This document shows, piece after piece, positions 52,401 to 64,000 of a stretch of DNA of 64,000 bases. Every line of letters begins with the position of its first letter. Within the stretch, counting starts at the first letter, position 1. The position numbers and the translations under genes were made by a program. Under the pieces are notes generated by a model. The model did not search any database. It was not told the DNA's origin and worked only from the letters and a program-made list of their open reading frames with translations. Source of the stretch: Marsupella aquatica (Eukaryota; Plantae; Marchantiophyta); assembly GCA_973895155.1 (NCBI GenBank), contig OZ316897.1, positions 3,053,416 to 3,117,415 of the forward strand. The letters run 5' to 3'.

Positions 52401-53340
52401 AATTAAGAGGAACGTGGTGACAGAACAATGCGCAGTATGAGCTTACAAAAAGTGAGATTGAGATGAGCTATAGATTTGAGGAGCTATGGAGGAAAATCCT
52501 GCAACTTCCAACGAGAGTTCCAAGGACCATTGGCAATTTCAAATAGTGTGAAGAATGAAAGAATATCCAAAGTGGAAGCACAAAATTGAAGGTGTCAAGT
52601 TAACATCCTGATGATGCGATTGGTCTTCAGCTTTAAGGAGGCCGTCGACGTTCAATCTCAATCGGTGAGTACTTCCGTGTGTTTCCCTTCAGCTCTGTGT
52701 TTCATGTGTTCACTTACCTAAGTCTTTTAAAGGCCTTTTTTGGGTGGGCCGTATGAAAACCTTCACTGCCTCTGTATTATCCTCACGATCTGACAACTAT
52801 GCCTGTTTGCACTTTGTTAGAATTAAATTGTAACCAGGTGTCATCTCACTCACGGGATGCTTTCAATTGTGTTCAATAGATCTTGAATAGTGACTCCATT
52901 GACTGTTAGGTTGTGATCCAGTTATCAACTACAGTCTCTTCTTTTCTAAGAACCCCATTTGTTAGTTGTTCAAGAATTTATCTGCGGCCGTTATAGCTAC
53001 CCGGGCAGTCAAATTGGAGGTCTTTAAGAATATCTCACACATCTCTTGTTTCCACACAAAAGCTGATGAACATTACAGAAGTCATTAAAATTTGAGCTTT
53101 TGAGGAGCTCACGCATGACACAACTCTTCTATATATCCACTCACACAATACTAGACGAGCATTGCAGTCTGGGAATATGCTTCCACAATTTGTTATGTGT
53201 TATGGGAAAGGGCCTAGAGACCTAAGAGACTTACTCCTTCAAATTAAAGAATTAAACCACAACTTGCACTCAGAGGGATAAAGAGTACATACCCTATTTT
53301 GGAACAAACATCACCTTAAGTACTTGATTGTTAAACAAAT

Positions 53341-53550
53341 CTCGGGGGTCTCATTATATGGATGTCTCCCCATCACCTGCAAAGTTTGTAGGGCTCAGAT
53401 CCCCTAAAATATAAGTTTTTTTTTCAATCTTTAAAATTTAAAATTTTTGTTATAAGTATCCAAATGTTCTTATAAGTCTCAAAATTGGATTAAAAAAACC
53501 CTATTATTTTTCTGAGAAAATTTTTAATTTCCCTTTAAATCAATAAAATG
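53341..53550. repeat. Dispersed AT-rich repeat family (related pieces at ~8210-8322, 37950-38046 + 39886-39920, 40320-40490)
   Basis: Shared blocks CTCGGGGGTCTCATTATATG, CATCACCTG and TTCTTATAA.TCTCAAAATTGGATTAAAA.AACCCTA. Confidence 0.65.
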
Positions 53551-54216
53551 ATCTTATACTTTGTTGTATTTGATATGTCATTTTTTTATGAAAATGAAAC
53601 CCCCCCAGAAACAAACCAGAGTTTTTACATTTCTCAATGTTGTGTGTATTTCTTTGCAAGTTGTCGCAATAAAGTTGTGATTCTCTACAATAGCAAGGTT
53701 TTATTTTACAACAAAACTAACCACCCAAACTTTCTATTGGTCAAAGTCTTTGCCTACTGAGCCACCAAAGCAAGGAACACAAATAGATTCCATAAATGAG
53801 AATCCCAAGAGGAGAAAATTCTGTCCAACTAACTTGCAACTTCAATTCTTCCATGGATTCTCCACTGCAGAAGATCCACCATAGCTAAAATAAAGATAAT
53901 TGAATAAGGTTTCTGCTAAGCCAAGAAGCGTTTGATTCTGATCAGAAAATCTATGTCTACCAGAGGTTTTGTCAATTTGTAAAAATTCAAGTTTCTATCC
54001 TAGACTTTTGTCAATTTGTTAAAATTCAAGTTTCAAGGATTTTCCTATCCTACACTTTAGTCAATTTGTTAAAATTTAATTTCAAGGATTTTCCTATCGG
54101 CAATCCATTGAGAAACTCGGAGACATACTTTTCTACCATGTATTCGGGAAAAAAATAAGTTTTAATACACACTCCTCTCTCCGTGTTTACCTTAGCCACT
54201 AGACTAATAGCCACTA

Positions 54217-54410
54217 GAGTGATTTGCTTGATGGACCCCAAACTCAATTGGGTTATTTGACACCTGAGCCACCAGAGTGATTTGACCGATTTCTTGATGG
54301 GACCCCAAAATGAAGTGATTTGCTTGATGGGACCCCTGAAGCTTTGGGTATGTTGATTCAAGATCAATCAATGGTCCGGATCACTCCGGGTCCCATCAAG
54401 CAAATTACTC
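54217..54410. mobile_element. Mutator-like MITE
   Basis: TIRs GAGTGATTTGCTTGATGG-ACCC / GGGTCCCATCAAGCAAATTACTC. 9-bp TSD TAGCCACTA at 54208-54216 and 54411-54419. Confidence 0.85.
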
Positions 54411-56309
54411 TAGCCACTAAGTTCAACTCTAGCTCCCACATTGCAGATTTCGAGGTCACATATTCAGTGAAGAGCACTTGATCCCAGTGAACAAACTGAA
54501 GCTGCTAGAGGACTTCGTATGTTTGAGAATAGTCAATGCGCTTTTGGCTATGGCAGCTTCGGTTTCTTGCTCATATGTGTCTCGGCCTTCTCATCGTTAT
54601 GTTCGAAATAAAACACGGTACAGTATCCAATGAGAGTCCCCAGTGAGCAAGAATCTTGAACATCATCGATCATCGGGAGCGCCGTTTTGGCGTTTAGTAC
54701 CACATCACACCGACAAAGCACCGTCAAAACTTTGCGTCGAAAGATTTCATGCTGGCTTGACTTCCATTCCTCGAAACAGCACAACATCAGGTTCAAGCAA
54801 CTTTATAATACTGCAGTCAATGTCCAGAGCAGCTTGTCTTATGAGACGATGGACAAACGAAAAAGTCGTGTGGGGGACCGGACTATATTCAAGTCAACAT
54901 GATGGATCCGCTCCCCAGCATTGGTTCAAGGTGATGGGGATCCATTTCCGGAGTTTGAGAGAACGACTTGCTCAAAGGTGACCCATAAATGTCGTCACGT
55001 TATCCAAAATGAATGAGTGAAAAAAAACTCGCTTAATAAGCATAGTCGGTTTAAGAATTACTTTTCAAATTCTCTACGATGATGAAGATTCTGAAGATTG
55101 AGCTTTGGAAGGACAGAAAAAGCGTTTTTGAGACAATTAAGACATTAGAACCAGCTAGCAAAATTGGTGCACCCTCAGATCTGTCTGGGACCAATCCCTT
55201 TGCCTCACGTCGAAGTACAATATTCACCAATTTCTGGATCTTACCTTCCAAAATTTATAGCAAAAAATAACTGTCGAGAAATCTAATATCCAGCTTTGGG
55301 TTATATAAAGATAGTGCTATCTGACGGAGCTCTAATTGAATCCACAGTGGCAGGCGCATAAGAAGAACCGGATCATACCTGTAATTGTAAAAATTTAACC
55401 AAGAGATGGATATCAAAATTCTCTGCAGCTTTTTTGCGGCAATAATTTTATATGAACACCGGGATGAACACTTCTTTCGTGTAGATTTCGACATTCTATA
55501 AACAGAAAAAATGTGCTTTTAATCCCCTACACATCACCTCTGTTGCCCTGCTGTCAGTGGGACTCTTCTGGACCTCGATCGAATCGCCAGGAGCTTGACG
55601 AAGCATTTTAGCCGAGATTTCAGCACTTTCCTTCTTGGTCCTGTCACTCTGGATTTCAGAAGACTTGAAATTCAATCCTTATATCTGGATATTTCTTCAT
55701 GTTGGGTGCGCTTCCTTTTCCTCAAACAACTCGAACTCCTCAAGACAGAGTGCAACAGCGATTGAGAGCACCCAACCTACCACATCCACAAGCTTGTTCA
55801 ATTGCTTGGACGTTAGGATCTTAGATGTGTAAGGTAGATTTCTGTTTATCTCGTTCTTACCAATTATTGTCTATTCAACTCTGTATTTTAGCAGCTGTAC
55901 AATACGCAGTTAACAGATGTGACCAATACTTAGCTCAACTCTGTATTTTAGCAGCTGAAAATGAAAGATCTCTCGAGAGCTTGAATATGAATTTGTAATT
56001 AGCACAATTAGGCTTATTAGCATGAGCCCTGGCCAAGTAGATTACATGGTATCTAAGCTTCCATTGTTGAGGAATGTCAAAATCCTGTGTACCGTACCAA
56101 AGACATAATGAGTTGTCTTGTGATTGAGCAGAAGTTTTTAGGGAGCAAATAACCCTTGAGACTACAGTTTTACTCAGCAATGCAGAGTAAAATTAATATA
56201 CTCAAATGACTCCTTTTCTTTACACATCAGGCCGGCCGGATCTGAAAATTGGTTTTTATCTACACAATAACACAACCATTTTCTTAACACCTATAGTACA
56301 TGCGGTAGC

Positions 56310-56653
56310 TGTTAGATATTGCTCTAGTCTTGTTACTCATGAGCTAACCACAATTAGTCTAACTCGGGTTAGGACTTAGCTAATGTTAGCGGTAATGCTG
56401 TTGTGCATATAGCTAGGGCTGATCCCGGACCCTGGTGGAACTTAGGCTCATTGTTATAGAGCTAGTTGAGAGATAGGGAGAGCTTGTGCTGTGGATGCTT
56501 GGTATGGCCGGTCGGCCTAGAGTGCAGTAAAGCTCTTGTGTGTTTCCGTGGACGTAGCGTCATGTGGAGGTGAACCACGTATCTCTCTGTGTCGACTATT
56601 GTGCGTTGGATGGTTCATGGGCTTGCTGTTACAAATGTCGTCTATGCTCAACA
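56310..56653 (+). repeat. Copia 5' LTR (344 bp, TG...CA)
   Basis: TGTTAGATATTG...CTCAACA; matches 63525-63616 and the inverted copy at 39224-39559. Confidence 0.92.
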
Positions 56654-56655
56654 AG

Positions 56656-56667
56656 TGGTATCAGAGC
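56656..56667 (+). promoter_or_regulatory. Primer binding site (initiator tRNA-Met)
   Basis: TGGTATCAGAGC, 2 nt after the LTR end. Confidence 0.92.
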
Positions 56668-58515
56668 ATGCCTGGGAGGTGACGAGGTTTTTTCGTGACA
56701 GGTTTTTCCAACGTTCATTATCGATGGTACATTCGGAGTTTTGTCGCATGAAACTCAAATGTGTGTGGCTGAGCGGATAGGTTAGTGAGAGGGCTTTCTA
56801 ACGGTGGTTAGAACTCGCTGATCGGTATCCGTAGTGCAGAGAAATTGAAATTTGCGTCATTCAGGTTTTATTCGTGTTCGACGGCTTTTCGGGGGAGAGA
56901 CCAGAGATTGCATTTTTCAACGGTGTAAGCCGTGCGGTGCGGGAGGGATCGCACATTATAGCTCAAGTTGAAGGTTGAAGCGAGCTGGTCATTTCGGTAG
57001 TTGAGTTGCTGCCGAGTTGTTACCGAGTGCGTCGTGACGAGTGAAGGAGGCGTTCAGGTTTTTTCACAAGCTATGGAGATTGTTCACATCTGAACCGGGT
57101 TTCTCTTCGTGACGTACGACTCAGTGGAAGAAACGCGAAGTGCTACGACTCAACGGTTTGATCGCGGCGAGGCGGTCGTTTTGAGCCTGGGATTGGCACT
57201 TGACGCGGAGTGAAGGCGACGCGATGGAAAGTTTAGTCTCTGCTGGAGCTGCAGACTGTGCTGGTGCAATTCGACAACTTTTCCCGTCGGCGGCGTTCAC
57301 TTTGATCGTTTAAAACAGCGGTTGTTAAGGTTTGTAACCGGCCTTTTTTTCTTTGAAAACGGCATTTTTTATAGGTTACATTAGGGCCAATTTTTGTGTG
57401 TGTACCCGTTTCCGCCCCCTCCCCTCGTACGTCGCCTTCTGCTGTCCTCCTCCCCGCATCTACTTCTCACGACGTGCTACGCAGCGCCGGCCGGCGCAGT
57501 TGTAGCCGCCCAGACCCTATTCCCGGCTCGAACAAACACGGCTGCCGAGCGACTCCCTGCCTTATGCGCCCGCACCCCGGCCCCTTTTAAACCTGACTCG
57601 CGACAGGGCTGTTGCCGGTTGCCCTGCCCTTGCCTCGGTTTTTTCTTCCCCGGAGGTACTCCCTGACACTCAGCGTACGCGGCTGCATACGCAGCCGCCC
57701 GTGTATGCAGCCGCCCGTGTAAGCACCCTCGCCTTCACCCGTATCCCTCCCCGCAACGTATTGGTACACCCCGGCCAAATACTGGGCGTATTTTTGGCTT
57801 ATAAGGGACTTAAGTGCCCCCTTTAGGGCCTATTTTTAACCTTTTTATGCTTCCTCTTGTTCTTCTTCTGCCGGGACCTGTCGCCCTCCATTTTAACCGC
57901 TCTGACAGGGGGAATGGCCCCCTGTGAGATCCGTCGGACTGTGCGGGAATATTCCCAAAAAACAAAGAGCTATTTTTTGGCCATCCGACAAAGATTATGT
58001 CCGCCAAATTGGTAACTTTTTTGGTTCTTTTTCGGTGAGGACGTTGCCACTAGAGTTAGCAACGCGGCACATCGATCACATCGCGATTCCGACGACGGGT
58101 TTTACTGGGTATTTTGGTTATTCTCCGAGGTGGTCAAAACGGGGGAGTTTCCCAAGGTTTTACCCATCTCGACCAAAATTTGAATAACTTTTCCGTTGAA
58201 TTTTGATTTTGATTTCGGCTTTCAGTATTGGACTCCTAGCTTCGTGGGCTACGCGGCGGTGTTGAGTTTTGAGTTTTATGAGAAGTTTCGAAAAAATATG
58301 TTTTTTCATGATTGTTTCATATGAGTGACTCGGAGGATACTGGAAGAATTGGCGTCGGTGGAGCTTCAGGATCGCGACGGTCAGACGCAGAGTCTGAGGA
58401 GGAGCTGCTACCGGTTGAGGAGGATTTTGTAACACCGGTATGATCACCAGTGCGGCGTGCAGTGGAGGAAGCTGTACTATTACCAGAGCTATTGGTAGTG
58501 GGGAAGAAGAGGGAG

Positions 58516-59376
58516 ATGGCTAGATTTGGAGGAATGAAGTTTGAGGTAGAGAAGTACGATGGCCGTGCTGATTACTTGCTGTGGGAGAAGCAAGTGAAGG
58601 GTGTTCTTTGGGCCATGGGCTTAGCTCATCTGCTCTCTTCGCAAGAGCAGTATGATGGAGAAGAGGAGATCTCAGAGAAGCAATGGAGACAGGAGCAGGT
58701 GATTGCTGTTAATCAAATGATGCTTTATCTGAAGCCGCACATCATCAAGCAGCTGGATGATTATGCGGATTGCGCGTCACTGTTCAAGGCTCTAAGAGAG
58801 AAGTACTACCGGGAAGATGCGTCAGACCGGCTGTACAAGAAGTCTCTCTTGATGAGCCTCAGGCTCAAGGAAGGGAGCAAGATGCAGGATCACCTGGATG
58901 AATTTGACAGTCTAGCGGTGGATCTGTCAAACCTGGGAAAAAGAGTTGAAGATGAGGATAAGGCCTTGCTTCTGCTAAGCTCCTTACCACCGTCATATCA
59001 GGGCTTGAAACAGGTGCTCTTGTACAGAGATCTGAAGTCCATTTTGTATAATGAGGTGGTGAGCTCTTTACTGTCTGATGATGCTCAGAAGAAGCTGGGT
59101 CAATCACAGACAACATCTTCTTCTGGCACTGCGCTCAATGTGAACAGGGGAAGAGCAGCACAACGCACAAACGGGCAGAACAGGTTTAGATCTACATCAC
59201 GGGGGAGATCTAAATCGAGAGGGAAATTGCAAGAGAGGAAGCCTCTTGCATGTTGGAATTGTGGCAAGCCTGGCCACATGAAAAGGGATTGTCGAGTAAA
59301 AGTCCCTACTACCTCTGCTAACGCAGCATCGAGCTCGTATGAGGTAGATTTACTCGATGATGATGACATATTGTGA
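58516..59376 (+). CDS. gag: Copia Gag with CCHC zinc knuckle
   Basis: KFEVEKYDG..DY.LW, EDKALLLLSSLP.SY and CWNCGKPGHMKRDC; open frame from ATG 58516. Confidence 0.9.
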   Translation: MARFGGMKFEVEKYDGRADYLLWEKQVKGVLWAMGLAHLLSSQEQYDGEEEISEKQWRQEQVIAVNQMMLYLKPHIIKQLDDYADCASLFKALREKYYREDASDRLYKKSLLMSLRLKEGSKMQDHLDEFDSLAVDLSNLGKRVEDEDKALLLLSSLPPSYQGLKQVLLYRDLKSILYNEVVSSLLSDDAQKKLGQSQTTSSSGTALNVNRGRAAQRTNGQNRFRSTSRGRSKSRGKLQERKPLACWNCGKPGHMKRDCRVKVPTTSANAASSSYEVDLLDDDDIL

Positions 59377-62300
59377 TGTCAAGGTTATGCTCTCAACGTA
59401 GTGTCAAATCCAGGTAGTGCATGTACTTTTCACATTTGCTCTAGGAGAGATTATTTCAGTTCTTACACGGTTTCCAACGGGTCAGTGTTGATGGGAAATG
59501 GAATCCCATGTCAAGTTGTTGGACTTGGATCTGTTAGATTTTATATGTTTGATGGTGTTGTAAGAACGGTGAGGAATGTGAGACATATTCCTAGCATGAT
59601 GAAAAATCTCATTTCACTTGGAGCTTTAGAAGCAAATGGCCATCAGTGGAGTTTTGCTAATGGTGTCCTTCAGGTTTCAACTGGTACTAAAGTTGTATTG
59701 AAGGGAAAGAGACATAGAAATCTATACATTTTGGAGGGCAGTGTAGTTTGTGATGAAGCCAATGTAACCTTATCTCATGAGGAGACGGCCCGGCTGTGGC
59801 ACTTCCGTTTGGGCCAAATGAGTGAAAAAGATTTGGCTATTCTTCAGAAAAAAGGTTTACTTTCTAATTTGCTATTTTGTAAGTTGAAATTTTGTGAGCA
59901 CTGTGTGCTAGGGAAGCAGCACAGGAAACCCTTTGGAGTTGGAACTCACACCAGCAAGGAGGTACTTGAGTATGTACATAGTGATGTGTGGGGTCCAGCC
60001 CCTACTCCCTCACATTCTGGACGGTTATACTATGTCACGTTCATTGACGATTACTCAAGGTATGTGTGGATATACTTTCTACACAATAAGTCTGATGTTT
60101 TTGCCACTTTTAAGGAGTGGAAAGCCCAAGTTGAGAATCAGACTGGTAAAAAGGTGAGATATCTTCGATCGGATAACGGTGGTGAATACAGTTCCGGGGA
60201 ATTTGGAACGTATTGTAAGGAGTAGGGGATTACCCGTCATCTCACAACAAGTTATACTCCTCAGCAAAATGGTATTTCTGAGAGACTCAACCAAACACTA
60301 TTGGACCGCTCGAGGAGTATGTTGAGTCAATCATGCTTACCACATGAGTTTTGGGCTGAAGCTGTCAACACTGCAGCTTATTTGGTAAATTTTTCTCCAT
60401 CCAGTTCTATTGGATTCAAGACGCCATTTGAAATGAGGTACGGGCGTCCAGTAGATTACTCACATCTGAGGATTTTTGGATATGATGCTTATGTGCTTAT
60501 ACCTTCCCAGCTTCAATCCAAGCTAGAGTCCAAGTCAAAGAAGTGCATGTTCCTTGGCTATCAAAAAGGTGTGAAAGGTTATAGGTTATGGGATCTAGTA
60601 ACCTGTAAGCTAATTGTCAGTAGAGATGTGTCCTTTAATGAATCCAGATCATCAAAGGAGGGGGAGAGTTCTCAGGACTCCCATACTGACAAGGAGAAAT
60701 CTCCCATCCCGGACCGGGTTGAGGGGGAGATTAGTCATGATGCTGTTCATGATAGGAGAGATGGAGAAGCTCCAGGCTTGGAGCTGATTCCTGTGATGGA
60801 ACAAGAGGAGTAGATTGTTGTTGGGGTACCTCAAATTCAGCCAGTAGCAGCAGCAGATCAACCTGAGTCATCTACTAGAAGAACTTCCAGTCGTTCTACT
60901 AGAGCTCCTACCAGGTATGGTCAATGGGCAGACTCATCTAAGCTAGATGATATTGACATTGCACCTGATGATGATGACGACATGGCTTTGATCTTGGAAG
61001 AAGGAGAGCCTTATTCGTACAGTGAGGCTTGTGCTTCAGAGTAGAAGCATGAGTGGAATGCAGCAATGCAGAGGGAGTTGCAATCTTTGAGTGACAACAA
61101 GACATGGGAGCTCGTGGAGCTTCCAAGAGGTCAGCAAGTGGTGGACAGCAAGTGGATTTACAAGTTGAAGGACAGTCCTTCAGAGGGTGGAGATAAGATC
61201 TACAAGGCAAGGCTTGTTGCCAAGGGGTTCACTTAGGAGAAAGGAGTGGACTACAATGAGGTCTTTCCACCGGTGGCTAAGTATTCCACAATTCGGATCT
61301 TGTGTCAGCTTGTTATATTTTTTGGTCTGGTGATGGATCAGATGGATGTTGTTACTGCTTTTCTCTATGGCAACTTGGAAGAGTTGATCTTCATGAGACA
61401 GCCACTAGGCTTTATGAAGAAGGGCCAAGAGAACTTAGTTTGCAGATTGCTCAAGTCCTTACATGGATTGAAGCAATCTCCCAGACAGTGGAACAAACGG
61501 TTTGATGATTTCATGTTTGCTCAAGGTTTTACAAGGATCCCTGGGCCCTCACTCTTACTATATCAAGTGAACCCCCCTGAGAACAGATACCCCCCGTGTA
61601 CCCCTTCTTAATATTTTTGTTCACAAAAAAAATCCCTTTGTTAATGTAAAAATATTAAATTTTCCTATTAAATTTTATCCTTTTGTAAATTATAATAGAA
61701 TTTTTCAAGGAATTGAAAACACCCTTGAATTTTTAGAATTACAAATATCATACTGAAATAGTTAAAACTTTATCTTTCATAGGGGACTTGTATGTTATGC
61801 TCAATGTTCAAGGTACATATTTTATATAGATAAACAAAATTAGGACGAGAGAAAATTATAGTTCTTCCTATAGTTTACACATAGACCTGCAGTTTTGTCT
61901 TAGTGTTCGCAAAAGTGCCTCTGAACTTCTAGTTTCATTAGTACTATATATGTATAATCCAGGAATAATACTTCAAAGTCTGAACCAACTATAACAAACA
62001 TTGTTTGAGCGCTCGAGACCCCTCCCTCAATACACAAACACATCTGGCCTCATACATGGCTGTTTGATTCAAGGGAATTCAAAAGTAATCTTGTCCGTCC
62101 ATGTGGGATTGATCCATGGATCCCCATCAATCCCAGTTTCCCAACCAAGTTGGGCCCAAAGATCCTGGCCCAAAATTTACTCAACTCCCCACTTAACTCC
62201 TAAACATGCGGGTAAACATGTCTACCTTAACCCATTTGTTCCACCATAAGGGGACCAACGAAACCAAACTTACCTTAAGACGATAATAATTAAATATATG

Positions 62301-63309
62301 ATTTACTATATGGACACGTGTGCAAATGAAGTGATGACATGTGTGTCAACCATATAGTGACGCGTGTACTTGGCATTTTGGGTACCCTTGCATAAGATTT
62401 ATGTGACATGTATTTGATTCTTGCCTTATTACTAATATTGTGGTGAATGTATATAGAGGGATGTTGCCTACTTTAAAAACTGTTATAAAAATTAGTTTGC
62501 ATTACATTAAAAATACCCTTGCGTTGTTCGCACGTCCTCCCTGTATTAGTAACACTAAGGGCCCAGGGACAAGGATGGTGTATGATCCTTGTGTATATAT
62601 AAAATCAGTCAAGAATGATGTATTTGGTTTCATCATTTTGGTGATCTATGTGGATGACATGCTGATTGTAGGCAGTCTGATGTATGTGATGACTTGTACT
62701 AGGCCTGACTTGGCCCTAGCGATGGGCAAGGTTAGCAGATTCATGTCAAATCCAGGAAAGGTACACTGGGAAGCTGTGAAATGGAGTTTAAGGTATGTGA
62801 AGGGAACACAGGACTATGGATTACTATTTGATAACAGATCAGATAGAACGTTAGTTGGCTATGTAGATTCTGACTATGGAGGCTGTCTGGATACAAGGAG
62901 GTCTACAACTGGGTTTGTATACACTCTTGGAGGAGGATGTATCAGTTGGAAATCTACCTTGCAGAAGTGCATATCTCAGTCTACTACAGAAGTAGAGTAT
63001 GTTGCAGCAACAGAAGTAGCAAAGGAAGCAATTTGGTTGGACAAGTTGATCGTGGAGATTGGTTTAGAACATGGCAAAATGACTCTAAACTGTGATAGTC
63101 AAAGTGCTCTTCACTTGGCTGCTAACTAGGTGATGGATAGCAGAGTGAAGCACATTGATATCAGGTACCATTTTATCAGGCAAGCAGTGTCTGATAAAAC
63201 TTTTGAGCTAGTCAAGATTGATGGAAAGCTCAATCCTGCTGATGCTTTTACCAAAGTGATTCCTTTGGAGAGTTTCTCAAGACACCGTGCTACATTGCAG
63301 GTTTTGTAG
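59377..63309 (+). pseudogene. pol: Copia pol (protease, integrase, RT, RNase H) with stops, an insertion and an RT deletion
   Basis: CEHCVLGKQHR, VHSDVWGP, LRSDNGGEY, QQNGISERLN, KARLVAKGF, QMDVVTAFL, YVDDML, VDSDYGG, CDSQSA and HIDIRYHF. Multiple TAG stops (e.g. 60223, 60811, 63127). Confidence 0.92.
61539..62568. mobile_element. Non-autonomous TIR element with 8-bp TSD, inserted in Copia RT
   Basis: TIRs CCCTGGGCCCTCACTCTTACTA / TAGTAACACTAAGGGCCCAGGG. TSD ACAAGGAT at 61531-61538 and 62569-62576. Removal restores GFTRMVYDPCVY. Confidence 0.92.
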
Positions 63310-63507
63310 TTGTAGTGCAAGTACAGTTATTTAGCAATGTGTGACTATTTGTATATGGATTACTCATTCCTGTTTGGCTACGACTTAGTTCTAGTTAACC
63401 CTTAGTTTTAACCCTTGTGGTTTTTAGGGGGAGACCTGGTTTGGTGATTGTCTAGAACTTCCCGCTGAGGATTCCATATGGTAGCATTTAGTCCAGTCCC
63501 CAAGACA

Positions 63508-63524
63508 AGAGTCAAGGGGGAGTT
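63508..63524 (+). other. Polypurine tract
   Basis: AGAGTCAAGGGGGAGTT immediately before the 3' LTR. Confidence 0.8.
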
Positions 63525-63616
63525 TGTTAGATATTGCTCTAGTCTTGTTACTCATGAGCTAACCACAGTTAGTCTAACTCGGGTTATGACTTAGCTAATG
63601 TTAGTGGTAGTGCTGT
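63525..63616 (+). repeat. Copia 3' LTR, first 92 bp
   Basis: 4 mismatches to the 5' LTR over 92 bp, then an abrupt loss of similarity. Confidence 0.9.
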
Positions 63617-64000
63617 CAGGTGCGGCCTCTTGGTTAGCTAGGAAACGGTACGTTGCCCACACCACTCAGCCATAAAAGGACTGATTGTGTACCAAGTTGC
63701 CTGACGCTACATGATTGCTGATTTTCAAATAGAGATGCCACTGTTTGTAATAAAAGTTGATCGGGCGTCGATGATGCTTTTGCTCCAAGTTCTCGTTACC
63801 TGCTTGTCATCTCCACGCTACGTTGCTCGGATAGATCTGTCTTGGGCGTTGCTGCGCCAGATTTTGCGTAGCCATTGTCACTGTCAATGGGATGCGCATC
63901 ATGGCGCGACCCCGGGCGAGACCCAGGGCGCGACGCCAATTCAGACTTTTCAGTCGCCCCATCTCCCCACAGAGCATAAGCTTCCTCTCCATGGACGGCA
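63614..64000. mobile_element. Probable start of another LTR element inserted in the Copia 3' LTR
   Basis: TGTCAGG... begins at the breakpoint; the following sequence is CpG-rich and unrelated. The other end is outside the window. Confidence 0.45.

Larger units (their letters stand above)
56310..63616 (+). mobile_element. Ty1/Copia LTR retrotransposon, decayed; 3' LTR interrupted
   Basis: 5' LTR, PBS, gag, PR-INT-RT-RNaseH order, PPT and the start of the 3' LTR. Confidence 0.95.

Noticed and set aside
54548-55810. Decayed multi-exon gene on the minus strand
   Set aside because: Splice-like sites and partial frames exist, but there are many stops and no family could be recognised.

Overview
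Eukaryotic, intron-containing, transposon-dense land-plant DNA; a non-seed plant is likely but that is inference. Only one intact host gene is clear: a 3-exon AMT2-type ammonium transporter (47242-49459, +). The left 40 kb is a nest of DNA transposons, and two of its layers resolve by TIR/TSD. (1) A large Sola-like/DUF7869-type DDE element (ends not fixed) carries a ParB-like + beta-class N6/N4 DNA-methyltransferase-fold gene and about nine dispersed 19-bp palindromes. (2) A CACTA element (8735-26591, TSD AAT) is inserted inside that methyltransferase-fold domain. It encodes a TnpD-type transposase, a divergent TnpA-like gene and a SET domain sitting in the transposase's first coding intron as an in-frame alternative exon. 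(3) A Pack-CACTA (16100-24056, TSD GTT) is inserted into the TnpA-like gene and carries captured Ulp1/OTS SUMO-protease and GUX/PGSIP GT8 fragments. The first 2 kb hold a stand-alone EDM2-like triple PHD ORF and a decayed tandem-BRCT gene. The right side has a Helitron 3' end, a Mutator MITE, and a decayed Copia element interrupted by an 8-bp-TSD element and by a probable further LTR. Main hypothesis: the DNA transposons here carry their own chromatin/epigenetic modules (SET writer, EDM2-type PHD reader, BRCT, ParB-MTase fold). Domain calls come from motif recognition by eye, not database searches.
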